47,770 nucleotides of DNA from Gammaproteobacteria bacterium (GTDB lineage: Bacteria; Pseudomonadota; Gammaproteobacteria; Legionellales; Legionellaceae). The DNA is taken from assembly GCA_010030245.1 (NCBI GenBank), contig RGPR01000001.1, forward strand, positions 1 to 47,770, written 5' to 3'. Position numbers and translations under genes: made by a program. Every line of letters begins with the position of its first letter. The first letter of the stretch is position 1. Positions 26,281 through 35,691 of this stretch are shown here, piece after piece. The notes beneath the pieces are model-generated. The model saw only the letters and a program-made list of their open reading frames with translations, was not told where the DNA came from and ran no database searches.

Positions 26281-27744
26281 ATGACACAAGGGATTTTTGT
26301 GAATATAAAAAAATTGGGATTATATCTATCTTTAATGCTGATAAGCTGCGTTGTAAAAGCTACCGACCTCTTAGAAACCTACTACGAAGCCTTAGATAAT
26401 GACCCAATATTCAAAAGCGCCTATAGCCAATTTTTAGCAGATTCTCAATCGATTTCCAATGCCTGGTCTACCATGCTTCCCCAACTGACCGTCAACGCCT
26501 TATTTAATCGCGTTTACACTGAAGTTTTGGCAGGTGTCAATATCGATGTCAATCGGACCTATAGCCAAAGCCAATTCAACTTCCAAGCCTCTCAAACTAT
26601 TTTTAACTATAAACTTTGGTCGTTGCTGGAGCAAGCTCGCGTGAATGTGCGCGCATCACTAGCGAATTTTAATGATAACGCCCAAAACTTAATGTTGCGT
26701 TCATCTAAAATGTATTTTGATATTTTGCTTGCCGAGGATAACTTACACACAGCAGAAGTGCAGCGCAATGCCAACAAGCGCCAACTAGAACAAGCACAAG
26801 AACGTTTTAATGTTGGGCTTGACCCCATTACGACTATTTATCAAGCCAAAGCTGCCTATAACCAGTCTATAGCCCTTGTTGTTAGCGCCCAAAATAATTT
26901 AATTGGCGCAAAACAAAATCTTTCAAAACTAACCAATCATACATATAACGCCATTGCAGCTTTAAAAAATAGAGAAATTCCTTTGGTATATCCACAACCA
27001 ATGAATCCTGAAACCTGGGTTAGCACAAGTCTTAAACAAAATTACAAATTGATAGCAAGTCAATATTACTTAGAAGCGTCGAGACAAAACATCAAGGTTC
27101 AGTTTTCAAGCCACCTACCCTACTTTAATCTGTATAGTCAAGGGATTGAAACCCACAACGACGTTTCCGCCCTCAACACCCAAGTTAAAACCAATAGTGT
27201 CGATCAACTGTTTAACCAAATCTTTGTACCTCAATTACAACGCAACGGGGTAGTTGGCGTCAGTGTGTCATTACCTGTGTTTCAAGGCGGACTGGCCGTT
27301 TCCAAAACCAGAGAAGCTGAATTTCAATTCATGAACATGAGCAATCAATTGGAAAATGTCAGACGAGAAGTCATTGCCAATACCAATATTACCTACTATT
27401 CCATTACAACTGGCATCGAAAAAGTCAAAGCTGACCGGGCGACGCTTTCATCACAACGGGTATCTTTGGATAGCATTCAAGAACAATATCAAGTGGGTAC
27501 AAAAACCATCACGGACGTCTTATTCGCTCAACAACAATACTATCAAACCCAATTTCAGTATAATGCGGATCAATACAATTTAATCACGCAAATTTTACAA
27601 CTTAAATATTTAGCTGGTTCGTTAGATGTACGCGATCTGCAAGAAATCAATACATGGCTTGCCACATCTCAAATTAAAGGGCTATCACCAGACGCCCAAA
27701 AAGTGCTTGATACACTCCTGCATCCAAATAAAGTTCTGCCATGA
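26281..27744 (+). CDS. tolC: TolC-family outer membrane channel
   Basis: Signal peptide ...NIKKLGLYLSLMLISCVVKA followed by TDLLETYYEALDNDPIFKSA. Internally duplicated helical/beta repeats (...RFNVGL.., ...QYQVGTKTITDVL..). The start is ambiguous: GTG 26233 (track), ATG 26281 or GTG 26299. Confidence 0.85.
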   Translation: MTQGIFVNIKKLGLYLSLMLISCVVKATDLLETYYEALDNDPIFKSAYSQFLADSQSISNAWSTMLPQLTVNALFNRVYTEVLAGVNIDVNRTYSQSQFNFQASQTIFNYKLWSLLEQARVNVRASLANFNDNAQNLMLRSSKMYFDILLAEDNLHTAEVQRNANKRQLEQAQERFNVGLDPITTIYQAKAAYNQSIALVVSAQNNLIGAKQNLSKLTNHTYNAIAALKNREIPLVYPQPMNPETWVSTSLKQNYKLIASQYYLEASRQNIKVQFSSHLPYFNLYSQGIETHNDVSALNTQVKTNSVDQLFNQIFVPQLQRNGVVGVSVSLPVFQGGLAVSKTREAEFQFMNMSNQLENVRREVIANTNITYYSITTGIEKVKADRATLSSQRVSLDSIQEQYQVGTKTITDVLFAQQQYYQTQFQYNADQYNLITQILQLKYLAGSLDVRDLQEINTWLATSQIKGLSPDAQKVLDTLLHPNKVLP

Positions 27745-28532
27745 TTATTCTCTTAATCATGATTGGCATTATTGTTGGCATATGCTCTGGCTTAACCGGC
27801 TTAGGTGGTGGTCTCTTTTTAATTCCAACCCTGCTGTGGTGCTTCAAATATCAAGGCATATTGACAAGCCATGCGATGCAAATAGCAAGCAATACCTCTC
27901 TTGCCATTTTATGTTGTACCACCCTCGTTAATAGCTATCAATACCATAAAAATAAACTCATCGATTGGCAAATGGTTAAATCATTTTTACCAGGTTTAGT
28001 CATTGGCATTGGATGCGGCAGCATAGTGGCGAACATTCTAGATACACATGCCCTTGAACAAAGCTTCGGCTTGTTTTTATTACTGATTGTTTTACATCTT
28101 TTATGGCCGCAAAAAAAACAGCAACACAAACACAAAAGCCCAAAACATATCATTTATTTGGCCAGTATCATTACGGGTTTTTTAGCGCCAATGTTTGGAA
28201 TTGGCGGAGGCATATTAATGATCCCATTTTTTCATGCCCAAGGCCTCATCTTACTTGAAGCGATTGGTAGCTCAGTTTTTTGCTTATTACCCATCAGCAT
28301 CATTAGCCTGACAGCAAATACCCTCATAGGCTATCTCAATCATACCTTACCATTTGCGTCAGTTAATACCTTAGGCTACCTTTACTGGCCTGGTCTTTTA
28401 TATATAGCGCCAATGAGCATGTTATCAGCACCCATTGGCATAAAAGCTGCGACAAAAGCAAATCCCCAGTTCATCAAGAGCATGTTGGCATGCATCATCT
28501 TACTCACTGCTATCCAGTTATTAAGGGGCTAA
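27741..28532 (+). CDS. TauE/SafE (TSUP) family anion exporter
   Basis: GICSGLTGLGGGLFLIPTLL and the repeated MFGIGGGILMIPFF motif; 8 predicted TM helices. ATGA overlap with the tolC stop. Confidence 0.8.
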   Translation: MIILLIMIGIIVGICSGLTGLGGGLFLIPTLLWCFKYQGILTSHAMQIASNTSLAILCCTTLVNSYQYHKNKLIDWQMVKSFLPGLVIGIGCGSIVANILDTHALEQSFGLFLLLIVLHLLWPQKKQQHKHKSPKHIIYLASIITGFLAPMFGIGGGILMIPFFHAQGLILLEAIGSSVFCLLPISIISLTANTLIGYLNHTLPFASVNTLGYLYWPGLLYIAPMSMLSAPIGIKAATKANPQFIKSMLACIILLTAIQLLRG

Positions 28533-28929
28533 TCCATTTCAAACAAACCAGGGTCAATGCCGCCGTCAATCCACATAAAACCCCACCCCACGCCCAATCA
28601 ACCAAGCCCATGAATAAGGGGAAGGTTTTGAATAGTGAATAACAGGTTAAATCATATATCCCATAAACCACCCAACCAAAAATAGCCGATTGCCAAATGG
28701 CTTGCCAAGAACTGATTTTGGCATAACTTAAGCCGTAGTAGTTAAGACCAAATACCAAGAGCACATAGACCATAAAAGCAGCAGGCCAAATGGGCAATAA
28801 TTTACCCGCCTCAAGCCTCATCATACTCGAATATGCTGCGTAATAATGCGCTTTTGCGACAAGCGTTAACCATAGGCCATCCAACAGCATCATGATCATA
28901 CAACTCAATACCACCTGAATCATTAACAT
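28510..28929 (-). CDS. DUF2177-family membrane protein
   Basis: MLMIQVVLSCMIMMLLDGLWLTLVAKAHYY...AIFGWVVYGIYDLTCYSLFKTFPLFMGLVDWAWGGVLCG fits the DUF2177 pattern. AGGAG lies upstream of ATG 28929; the track's 26-aa upstream extension was rejected. Confidence 0.6.
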   Translation of the reverse strand: MLMIQVVLSCMIMMLLDGLWLTLVAKAHYYAAYSSMMRLEAGKLLPIWPAAFMVYVLLVFGLNYYGLSYAKISSWQAIWQSAIFGWVVYGIYDLTCYSLFKTFPLFMGLVDWAWGGVLCGLTAALTLVCLKWISPLITG

Positions 28930-29035
28930 TATTTTCTCCTTTTTGCTTATCCTAAACCTAATACAAGAGAAAAAAAAGATGAAGAATTTAAAAAAAAAGG
29001 CTATCATAAATTCTTTTTGAAAAATAAGTTTTTTT

Positions 29036-30820
29036 ATGGAATTTCAACAGCTAAGCCCACAGCACTTACTTCAGGCCATTATTTCAGGCTGTGAAAATTT
29101 AAAACAAGCCCGAAAAAAATTAAATGAAATTAATTTTTTCCCTGTTGCTGATGGTGATACTGGCGATAATATGGCAGCAACCGCAGCCGCCATTATCGAA
29201 AATGCAAGTGTTCAATCCACCATGCATGAAACCTTAGAATCCGTGGCCAATGCCAGTATTCTAGGCGCTCGTGGCAACTCAGGTATGCTATTCTCATCAT
29301 TCTTCAATGGCCTCTACCAAGCTTATTCTAAAACACATAGCTTAACGACGAATCAATTCAGTGACATGCTCCAAAAAGCTGCTAGTCAGGTCCGACAGAG
29401 TCTAATCGACCCCATGGAAGGCACTTTACTGACGGTAGTTGATAGTTGGGCCAAGCTTATCCATGCAAAATCCAAAGAATATACAAATTTCAAAACCCTA
29501 TGCCATGATATCTTACATCCTCTGCATGAAGCTTTACATCAACACTGCCAATATACGCATAAAAATGACGAAAAAGTATTAGATGCGGGTGCGCTTGGTT
29601 TTTATCACTTTGTTGAAGGTTTTTCAAAAGCCTTAGGTGAGCATCAAACTTATACACCCATTCAGACTGAGAGCATTGAGGATTTTTCAATACCCAATCA
29701 AGACCACCAATTTTCAACAAATCCACCCCATAATCGCTATTGTACTGAAGCACTATTGAGAGATGCACTCATCTCCCCCTTGCAATTACAACAACATTTA
29801 CAAGGCTTTGGTGATAGCATCGTGGTCACCGGTCACCAACATTTACAGCGCTTCCATATTCATACCAATGCACCACAAAAAATCTTTGACTCTTTACTAA
29901 ATCTCGGACGTCTTGCGAATCCAAAAGTAGATGATATGCAGCGTCAATTTGATTGCCATATCTGTAAACCCAATCGAATTGCGTTATTAACCGACTCAAG
30001 CGCTGATCTTCCTGTCGATATCATGGATAAACATCAAATTCATTTACTCCCGATTAATATCCATATAGGGCATCACCACTTACTTGATCCCTATAGTATT
30101 GACCCTGCGCATTTTTACCAGAATATTAAGAAAAATCCAGACTATCCAACAACATCAGCTCCAAACCCACTGCAAATTAAAAATAAGTTTAGGGAATTGA
30201 GTCAACGTCACCAAGATGTCATCATGGTGTCTGTTGCAGAAAAATTATCAAGCACCTATGCCTGTGCAACCAATATTGCTAAAGAATTTAACGGTATACG
30301 TGTGCTCAATTCAAAACTCACCTCAGCAGCGCAAAGCCTACTGGTCTATCAAGCTGCAGAACTTATTGCCAATCCCCTACTGGAGGCAGATGCCATTGTT
30401 CAAGAACTTCAAGCTTCGAGCAGTAAAATTGTATTCTTTGTCTTGATCCATAAATTAGATGCCCTCATGCGCTCTGGACGAGTTGACAAAATAAGCGGTA
30501 CTTTTGCCAATTGGGCACGTGTAAAACCCATTTTACGCTTAAACGATGAAGGCCGAGGCAGCATGTACAGCAAAGCATTGACTACCAATAAAGGCTTTCA
30601 ACAACTGTTAAAAGCCATCGATCAAGAAGCTATTCTTCGACAAACTAAACTCAAACATTTTGCCATTGTCCATGCTGGACAAGATGAACAAGCAGCGAAT
30701 TTAGCACAAGCTGCCTCTGATCACTATCAACAAGATGCCCTTTATATTGGTCCTGTATCAGCGGCTATTGGACTTCATGCGGGTGCTGGTTGTATTGGTA
30801 TTGCAGCGATGTTTGAATGA
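29036..30820 (+). CDS. fusion protein: FakA-like DhaL/Dak2 kinase domain + FakA central domain + DegV (FakB-like) fatty-acid-binding domain
   Basis: N-terminal part: FFPVADGDTGDNM, LGARGNSGMLFS, PMEGTLLTV, VLDAGALGFYHFVEGF. Central part: YCTEALLRD...FGDSIVVTGHQHLQRFHIHTN...KVDDMQRQ. C-terminal part: RIALLTDSSADLP, PTTSAPNP, EKLSSTYACA (DegV hallmarks). Confidence 0.8.
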   Translation: MEFQQLSPQHLLQAIISGCENLKQARKKLNEINFFPVADGDTGDNMAATAAAIIENASVQSTMHETLESVANASILGARGNSGMLFSSFFNGLYQAYSKTHSLTTNQFSDMLQKAASQVRQSLIDPMEGTLLTVVDSWAKLIHAKSKEYTNFKTLCHDILHPLHEALHQHCQYTHKNDEKVLDAGALGFYHFVEGFSKALGEHQTYTPIQTESIEDFSIPNQDHQFSTNPPHNRYCTEALLRDALISPLQLQQHLQGFGDSIVVTGHQHLQRFHIHTNAPQKIFDSLLNLGRLANPKVDDMQRQFDCHICKPNRIALLTDSSADLPVDIMDKHQIHLLPINIHIGHHHLLDPYSIDPAHFYQNIKKNPDYPTTSAPNPLQIKNKFRELSQRHQDVIMVSVAEKLSSTYACATNIAKEFNGIRVLNSKLTSAAQSLLVYQAAELIANPLLEADAIVQELQASSSKIVFFVLIHKLDALMRSGRVDKISGTFANWARVKPILRLNDEGRGSMYSKALTTNKGFQQLLKAIDQEAILRQTKLKHFAIVHAGQDEQAANLAQAASDHYQQDALYIGPVSAAIGLHAGAGCIGIAAMFE

Positions 30821-31563
30821 TGCTGAAGCCACTGTTAATCAATCTAATCTTTGCCCATACCCTGATGTTTGGGGTGTGGTTGATTTACAAATATCAAAAA
30901 ATACCGATGATTGCCGATGTCTTTTGGTCCATTGGGATTGCGGCACAAGCATTCATATATTGCTTTTATGCCCACTGCTATCCGCTCTTGTTCATATTGC
31001 TACTCATCTGGGCCTTGCGACTATCAAGCTTTCTCTACTTTACGCGCTTCAAAAAACAACATCTAGACCCACGCTATCAATCAATTGAACAGAATAGTTC
31101 GCAAAAACCTGAACTTTTCTTCTTAGTCAATTTCCAAATTCAGGCTTTTTTACAATGTTTAGTGGCCTCAGTTTGGTTTTTTCTATGCCAAACCTCCATC
31201 CCGCTATTGTTGACCTGCATCAGTGCGTTAATCATTATTACCGGGCTTTGCATTGAAATCCATGCAGACAGAAGTTTAGAGCGCTTTAAACAACATGGAA
31301 AAGGTGTATGCCAATTGGGTCTGTGGCGTTATAGCAGACATCCCAATTATTTTGGAGAACTGTTAATTTGGTTTGGCTTTGCCATCGCTGCCAGTCATTT
31401 TCTTGGCTTTATTTCTCCACTTGTACTGCTTTTGATTATGCGTTTTATCACCGCCCCTTTAAGCGAAAAACTAAGTCTTCAGCATAAAGGTAAGCTTTAT
31501 GCTGAATATCAAAAAGTCACACCCATGATATTGCCATATAAAATATTCTTTGCTAAATTTTAA
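30817..31563 (+). CDS. DUF1295 (steroid 5-alpha-reductase/ICMT-like) membrane protein
   Basis: DPRYQSI..., EIHADRSLERFK, GLWRYSRHPNYFGELLIWFGFAI. ATGA overlap with the upstream stop. Confidence 0.75.
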   Translation: MMLKPLLINLIFAHTLMFGVWLIYKYQKIPMIADVFWSIGIAAQAFIYCFYAHCYPLLFILLLIWALRLSSFLYFTRFKKQHLDPRYQSIEQNSSQKPELFFLVNFQIQAFLQCLVASVWFFLCQTSIPLLLTCISALIIITGLCIEIHADRSLERFKQHGKGVCQLGLWRYSRHPNYFGELLIWFGFAIAASHFLGFISPLVLLLIMRFITAPLSEKLSLQHKGKLYAEYQKVTPMILPYKIFFAKF

Positions 31564-32239
31564 CTCGGGGTTTAAGGCTGCTTAAGCCCCCATCTACAGC
31601 AAGCACTTGTCCTGTTATCCAATTATTTTCGGGATCAAGAAAAAAAGATATGGCATTCACCACATCCTGAATTTGACCAATCCGACCTAATGGATGCATG
31701 GCTTCAGATGCTTTTTTAAACACTTCACTATTGAGCAAACCTTGAGTTAGACGCGTTTGCACAAGCCCAGGACAAATCACATTGAAACGCAGATCACGAT
31801 GGGCATAGGTTGCTGCAGCAGATCGTGCCAAACCAATAATGCCTGCTTTTGCAGCAGCAATGGCTTCATGATTGGCAAGACCAATTTCGGCTGCTGCCGA
31901 AGAAATGAACACCATACTTGCATGTTGCAGATGAGCACCTGCTGCTGCAACGACTGCAAATGAACTGGTCAGAGAGGCATGAATCGCGGCCATATACTCA
32001 TCATAACTGGTTAAATGCGCCGGTTTTAATAACAATGAGCCCGCACAATTCACCACGCCATCCACTGGACCAATTTCAGCAAACAATGCATTTACCGCTG
32101 CAAAATCACAAAGTTCAAGCTGATGATCACAACCCTTTTGTCTTGAAGTCGTAATAAGCTCATGGTCTTGAGCTTGCAATTTATGATAAAGACCTTGCCC
32201 AATATCACTGCTTGCCGCCAAGATAAGGTAACGTGCCAT
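31553..32239 (-). CDS. short-chain dehydrogenase/reductase family protein with atypical motifs
   Basis: NCAG, ISS, AAAKAG, FNVICPGLVQT and a C-terminal ITGQVLAVDGG are SDR-like. However, the Gly-rich loop reads LAASSDIG and the Yxxx-K tyrosine position is Ile (AIAAAK). Confidence 0.7.
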   Translation of the reverse strand: MARYLILAASSDIGQGLYHKLQAQDHELITTSRQKGCDHQLELCDFAAVNALFAEIGPVDGVVNCAGSLLLKPAHLTSYDEYMAAIHASLTSSFAVVAAAGAHLQHASMVFISSAAAEIGLANHEAIAAAKAGIIGLARSAAATYAHRDLRFNVICPGLVQTRLTQGLLNSEVFKKASEAMHPLGRIGQIQDVVNAISFFLDPENNWITGQVLAVDGGLSSLKPRVKI

Positions 32240-32674
32240 GTGAAATCCTTATTGATCATTCAAATCTTACTATAACTTGGCTACTTGAAAAAAAGAAGTC
32301 ACATTTAAAGGTTATGCAGCAATTTATTACAATTATCAACCATGACAATTGATGGCTTTCGTTCTCATGACTTCAGTAGTACAAATGATAATTAACCACT
32401 TGATGAGGTCCTAATGGGATAGGTTTTTGACAAGCCTAAAGCAATATACGCTATCAAAAACATCATCAGTAAACATGAATGATTTGCTCAACATCACTTT
32501 AGAGAACTTCGGGGAGCATATTCTGACTATCCCTTATTTCAAAGAGATATGAATTGCTAACCAAGCCAGATGTCTTAAATTTAAATCAAAAAATAATTTT
32601 TTATATCAAAAAGATATTTTTTTATTCAATATGGTGTATAATTAAATCATTAACCCAAAGCTTGAGAAAATAAA

Positions 32675-33517
32675 ATGCCGCATTCTGACTTTTTCCGATC
32701 ACATCTAAGCGCTGAAAAGTTCGATGAAAAATCTAAAAAATTGGCATTGCTACAAGAGATAAAAAATAAACTGCAAGAATTTCCTTCGGACAACATCATA
32801 ACTCCTGACCTTTTTAACACAACTCAATGGATTGAAAAATACAGCGCTGCTATTAGAACAACAATGGTTCCACTTTTAGATTTGGATATAGTCTCGCTTA
32901 GTCGCCTAGGTCAAATATTAGTATTGATCGATTTGGTCAACGATAACTCTAAATCCATTATAGAACATCCTTTATTGAGGGAACCAGTATCAGTAGTGCA
33001 CATTGTGGCGGCAGTAACCAACTTAATCGCAACAAATTCAAAGCCTAATCTATCAAAGGAACGCCAAGAACAATATGACCGATTTATAACAAAAACTTTA
33101 AAGATAATAAGCCACCCCAGCGTAGCTAAACTTGACGATAAAAGGTTAAAAGAAATCTACCAATTGGTTAGTATTGCAAATAGATTATTAGTTCCTAATC
33201 CTGCACAATTAACTGAAAATGAAAAGCTTTCTTTACAACAAGAAATAAGTAAAAAGAAGGATATGTATAAGTACCCAATCTTAGGATTTTTAGCATTAGC
33301 GCTATATGCTACTTGTTCAGCATTAGCAGGTGTTGCGCCTATTCTCATCCTTGTTGCTGCTGTTGCAATTGGTGCTGGCTTAGGTCTCACTTATAAAAGT
33401 GTAACAAGAAATGATTCAGATCTCTCTCATGAATTACAAAGCTTATGTTTATCATCATCTGATCCAAGCGCTGATAATGTCCAAAGATATGGTTTAGCGT
33501 TCAATCAAGGGCTATGA
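32675..33517 (+). CDS. hypothetical protein with a C-proximal bilobed (~40-aa) hydrophobic domain (effector/Inc-like orphan)
   Basis: 280-aa ORF flanked by >400-nt AT-rich gaps, with a TATAAT hexamer at 32637-32642. The helical N-domain has no recognisable motif. The hydrophobic segment is YPILGFLALALYATCSALAGVAPILILVAAVAIGAGLGLTY (~residues 201-241). Confidence 0.55.
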   Translation: MPHSDFFRSHLSAEKFDEKSKKLALLQEIKNKLQEFPSDNIITPDLFNTTQWIEKYSAAIRTTMVPLLDLDIVSLSRLGQILVLIDLVNDNSKSIIEHPLLREPVSVVHIVAAVTNLIATNSKPNLSKERQEQYDRFITKTLKIISHPSVAKLDDKRLKEIYQLVSIANRLLVPNPAQLTENEKLSLQQEISKKKDMYKYPILGFLALALYATCSALAGVAPILILVAAVAIGAGLGLTYKSVTRNDSDLSHELQSLCLSSSDPSADNVQRYGLAFNQGL

Positions 33518-33609
33518 TGATAACTAAATTTTGAGAAATATTTAATTTATCCGATGACAACATATTCATGCAGTTACAGCAAAAATAACATCATCCACCA
33601 CTCTTTATT

Positions 33610-33632
33610 TGCCTTAAAACAAGGCATCTTTT
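33610..33632 (+). terminator. weak hairpin + T-tract downstream of the orphan gene
   Basis: TGCCTT-AAAAC-AAGGCA followed by TCTTTT, ~90 nt after the stop. Confidence 0.3.
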
Positions 33633-33933
33633 AAAAAAATACTACCATTATTCAAAAGATTTTCCTGCTTTGCTCAAAATTAAGACCACTCACATAACTG
33701 TTATATTTCAAACAATAAGATCTTTTTTGTTTTTTTTGTGCTAAACATAAATGATTCAGATCTTTCTGTGGAATGAGGTGACTTACAATCAGCTTATCCC
33801 CCAGCCCCCACTCCCTAGATCACTGTAGAGTCCTATTCGTGTATTTTGAATATTATTTAACCTAAGTTTGAAGGGATTTGGCAAGACTATGAAAAAGAGT
33901 TAAAATAGGTCAAATTTTTAATATGCGCTGTGT

Positions 33934-35691
33934 ATGTCTAACTCCAGTCTTAAACCTAAACTATCTAAACGAATACTTAATCTACTTCGCCCCTTCTGGA
34001 AGATGGCCTTGCTTGGGGTCATTGCCAATATCTTCTATGCAGGTATTGATGCGACTTTTACCTATTTTATGAAACCTTTTTTAGATAAAAGCTTTGTTAA
34101 AGTTGATGTCGACTTTGTTTACCAGATCCCATGGATAGTCCTCGTTGGCATCACGCTTAGAGGTTTTATGGGCGGATTTGGTGGTTACTGTATGACGCAT
34201 GTTTCGCGCTCCATGGTGAATAGCTTAAGGCAAGAAGTCTTTCAAAAATTCTTGCATTTACCTGCACCGGTATTAGACTCAACACCATCAGGCCAACTAC
34301 TCTCAAAACTCCTTTACGATGTGGAACAAGTTGCTCAAGTCAGCGCTGACGCCATCACTGATATTGTCCAAAACACCTGTTTAATCATTGGGTTATTTAG
34401 TGTAATGCTCCTGGTTTCTTGGCAGTTGACCGCTATTTTCATGTTTGCAGTCCCTGCCATCGCCTTTATTGTTCGTTATACAACCAAACGAATTCGCCGT
34501 ATTAGCCGGCAAGTGCAACAATCCATGGGGCAGGTCACTGAAATGGCTAGTGAAAGCATTGACGGATTTCGGGAAATTCGGATGTTTCAAACCCAAGACT
34601 TTGTTAGTAAAAAATTCAATACCGCCGCTGAATCAGCGAAACGTCATGACTTAAAAGCGGCCATGAGCAAAGCACTGAATGTCTTCGGTGTCCAGGTCAT
34701 ATTGGCGATTGCCATGACGGTGATTATTCTCTCCGCCATTGAATTGGCTAAAATGGTCACCATCACAGCAGGTAGCTTTCTAGCCATTACCGCCGCAGGC
34801 ATCCAATTGATAAAACCGATGAAAACCTTAACCAATCTCAATGCAAGTCTGCAACGTGGTATTGCAGGGGCTGAGAGCATTTTTAATTTGCTCGATATCC
34901 CAGAAGAACCCTCAGGCCAAGCTGGTTCAGCGCAAATTGCAAAAGGTGACATTGTATTCAAGGATGTATCTTTTGCTTATCAAGATGAACAATGGATACT
35001 ACATGATTTCAATATGCATATCCCTGCCGGACAAACCATTGCGCTAGTTGGTGCTTCAGGTAGTGGCAAATCAACCTTAATTAATTTACTGCCACGTTTT
35101 TATGAGCTGCAAGCTGGTGATATTTTACTCGATGGACGCTCGATTAAAGCGTGGCCAATCAATAACCTTCGCGCTCAGTTTTCGATGGTCAGCCAACATG
35201 TCACCTTATTCAACGATAGCATCATCAATAACATTGCCTATGGCCAAGAACACCCTAATCGAGACGCCGTGATTGATGCCATCAAACAAGCTGATGCCTT
35301 TGATTTTATTGAAAAACTGCCACAAGGCCTTGATACCCTTATCGGTGAAAATGGTTTCAATCTATCAGGTGGGCAGCGTCAACGCTTAGCCCTTGCCCGA
35401 GCCATCTATAAGAATTCACCTATTTTTATCCTCGATGAAGCAACCGCAGCACTTGATAATCAAACCGAACAACACATCCAACAAGCCTTGGAAAAATTTC
35501 ACCACCAACGCAGCATGATCATCATTGCACACCGGCTGTCCAGTATTCAATTTGCAGACCAAATTTTTGTAATGCATCATGGTAAAATTATTGAACAAGG
35601 CAGTCATCATGATCTACTAAACAAACAGGGCCATTACAGTAAGCTTTATCATGCACAACACTATGAACAAATTGACACAATTCCTGTATAA
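33934..35691 (+). CDS. msbA: lipid A export ABC transporter permease/ATPase MsbA
   Basis: Six-TM domain then an NBD: GASGSGKST, LSGGQRQRLALARA, IFILDEATAALD, IIAHRLS. Directly upstream of lpxK, as in most proteobacteria. Confidence 0.92.
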   Translation: MSNSSLKPKLSKRILNLLRPFWKMALLGVIANIFYAGIDATFTYFMKPFLDKSFVKVDVDFVYQIPWIVLVGITLRGFMGGFGGYCMTHVSRSMVNSLRQEVFQKFLHLPAPVLDSTPSGQLLSKLLYDVEQVAQVSADAITDIVQNTCLIIGLFSVMLLVSWQLTAIFMFAVPAIAFIVRYTTKRIRRISRQVQQSMGQVTEMASESIDGFREIRMFQTQDFVSKKFNTAAESAKRHDLKAAMSKALNVFGVQVILAIAMTVIILSAIELAKMVTITAGSFLAITAAGIQLIKPMKTLTNLNASLQRGIAGAESIFNLLDIPEEPSGQAGSAQIAKGDIVFKDVSFAYQDEQWILHDFNMHIPAGQTIALVGASGSGKSTLINLLPRFYELQAGDILLDGRSIKAWPINNLRAQFSMVSQHVTLFNDSIINNIAYGQEHPNRDAVIDAIKQADAFDFIEKLPQGLDTLIGENGFNLSGGQRQRLALARAIYKNSPIFILDEATAALDNQTEQHIQQALEKFHHQRSMIIIAHRLSSIQFADQIFVMHHGKIIEQGSHHDLLNKQGHYSKLYHAQHYEQIDTIPV

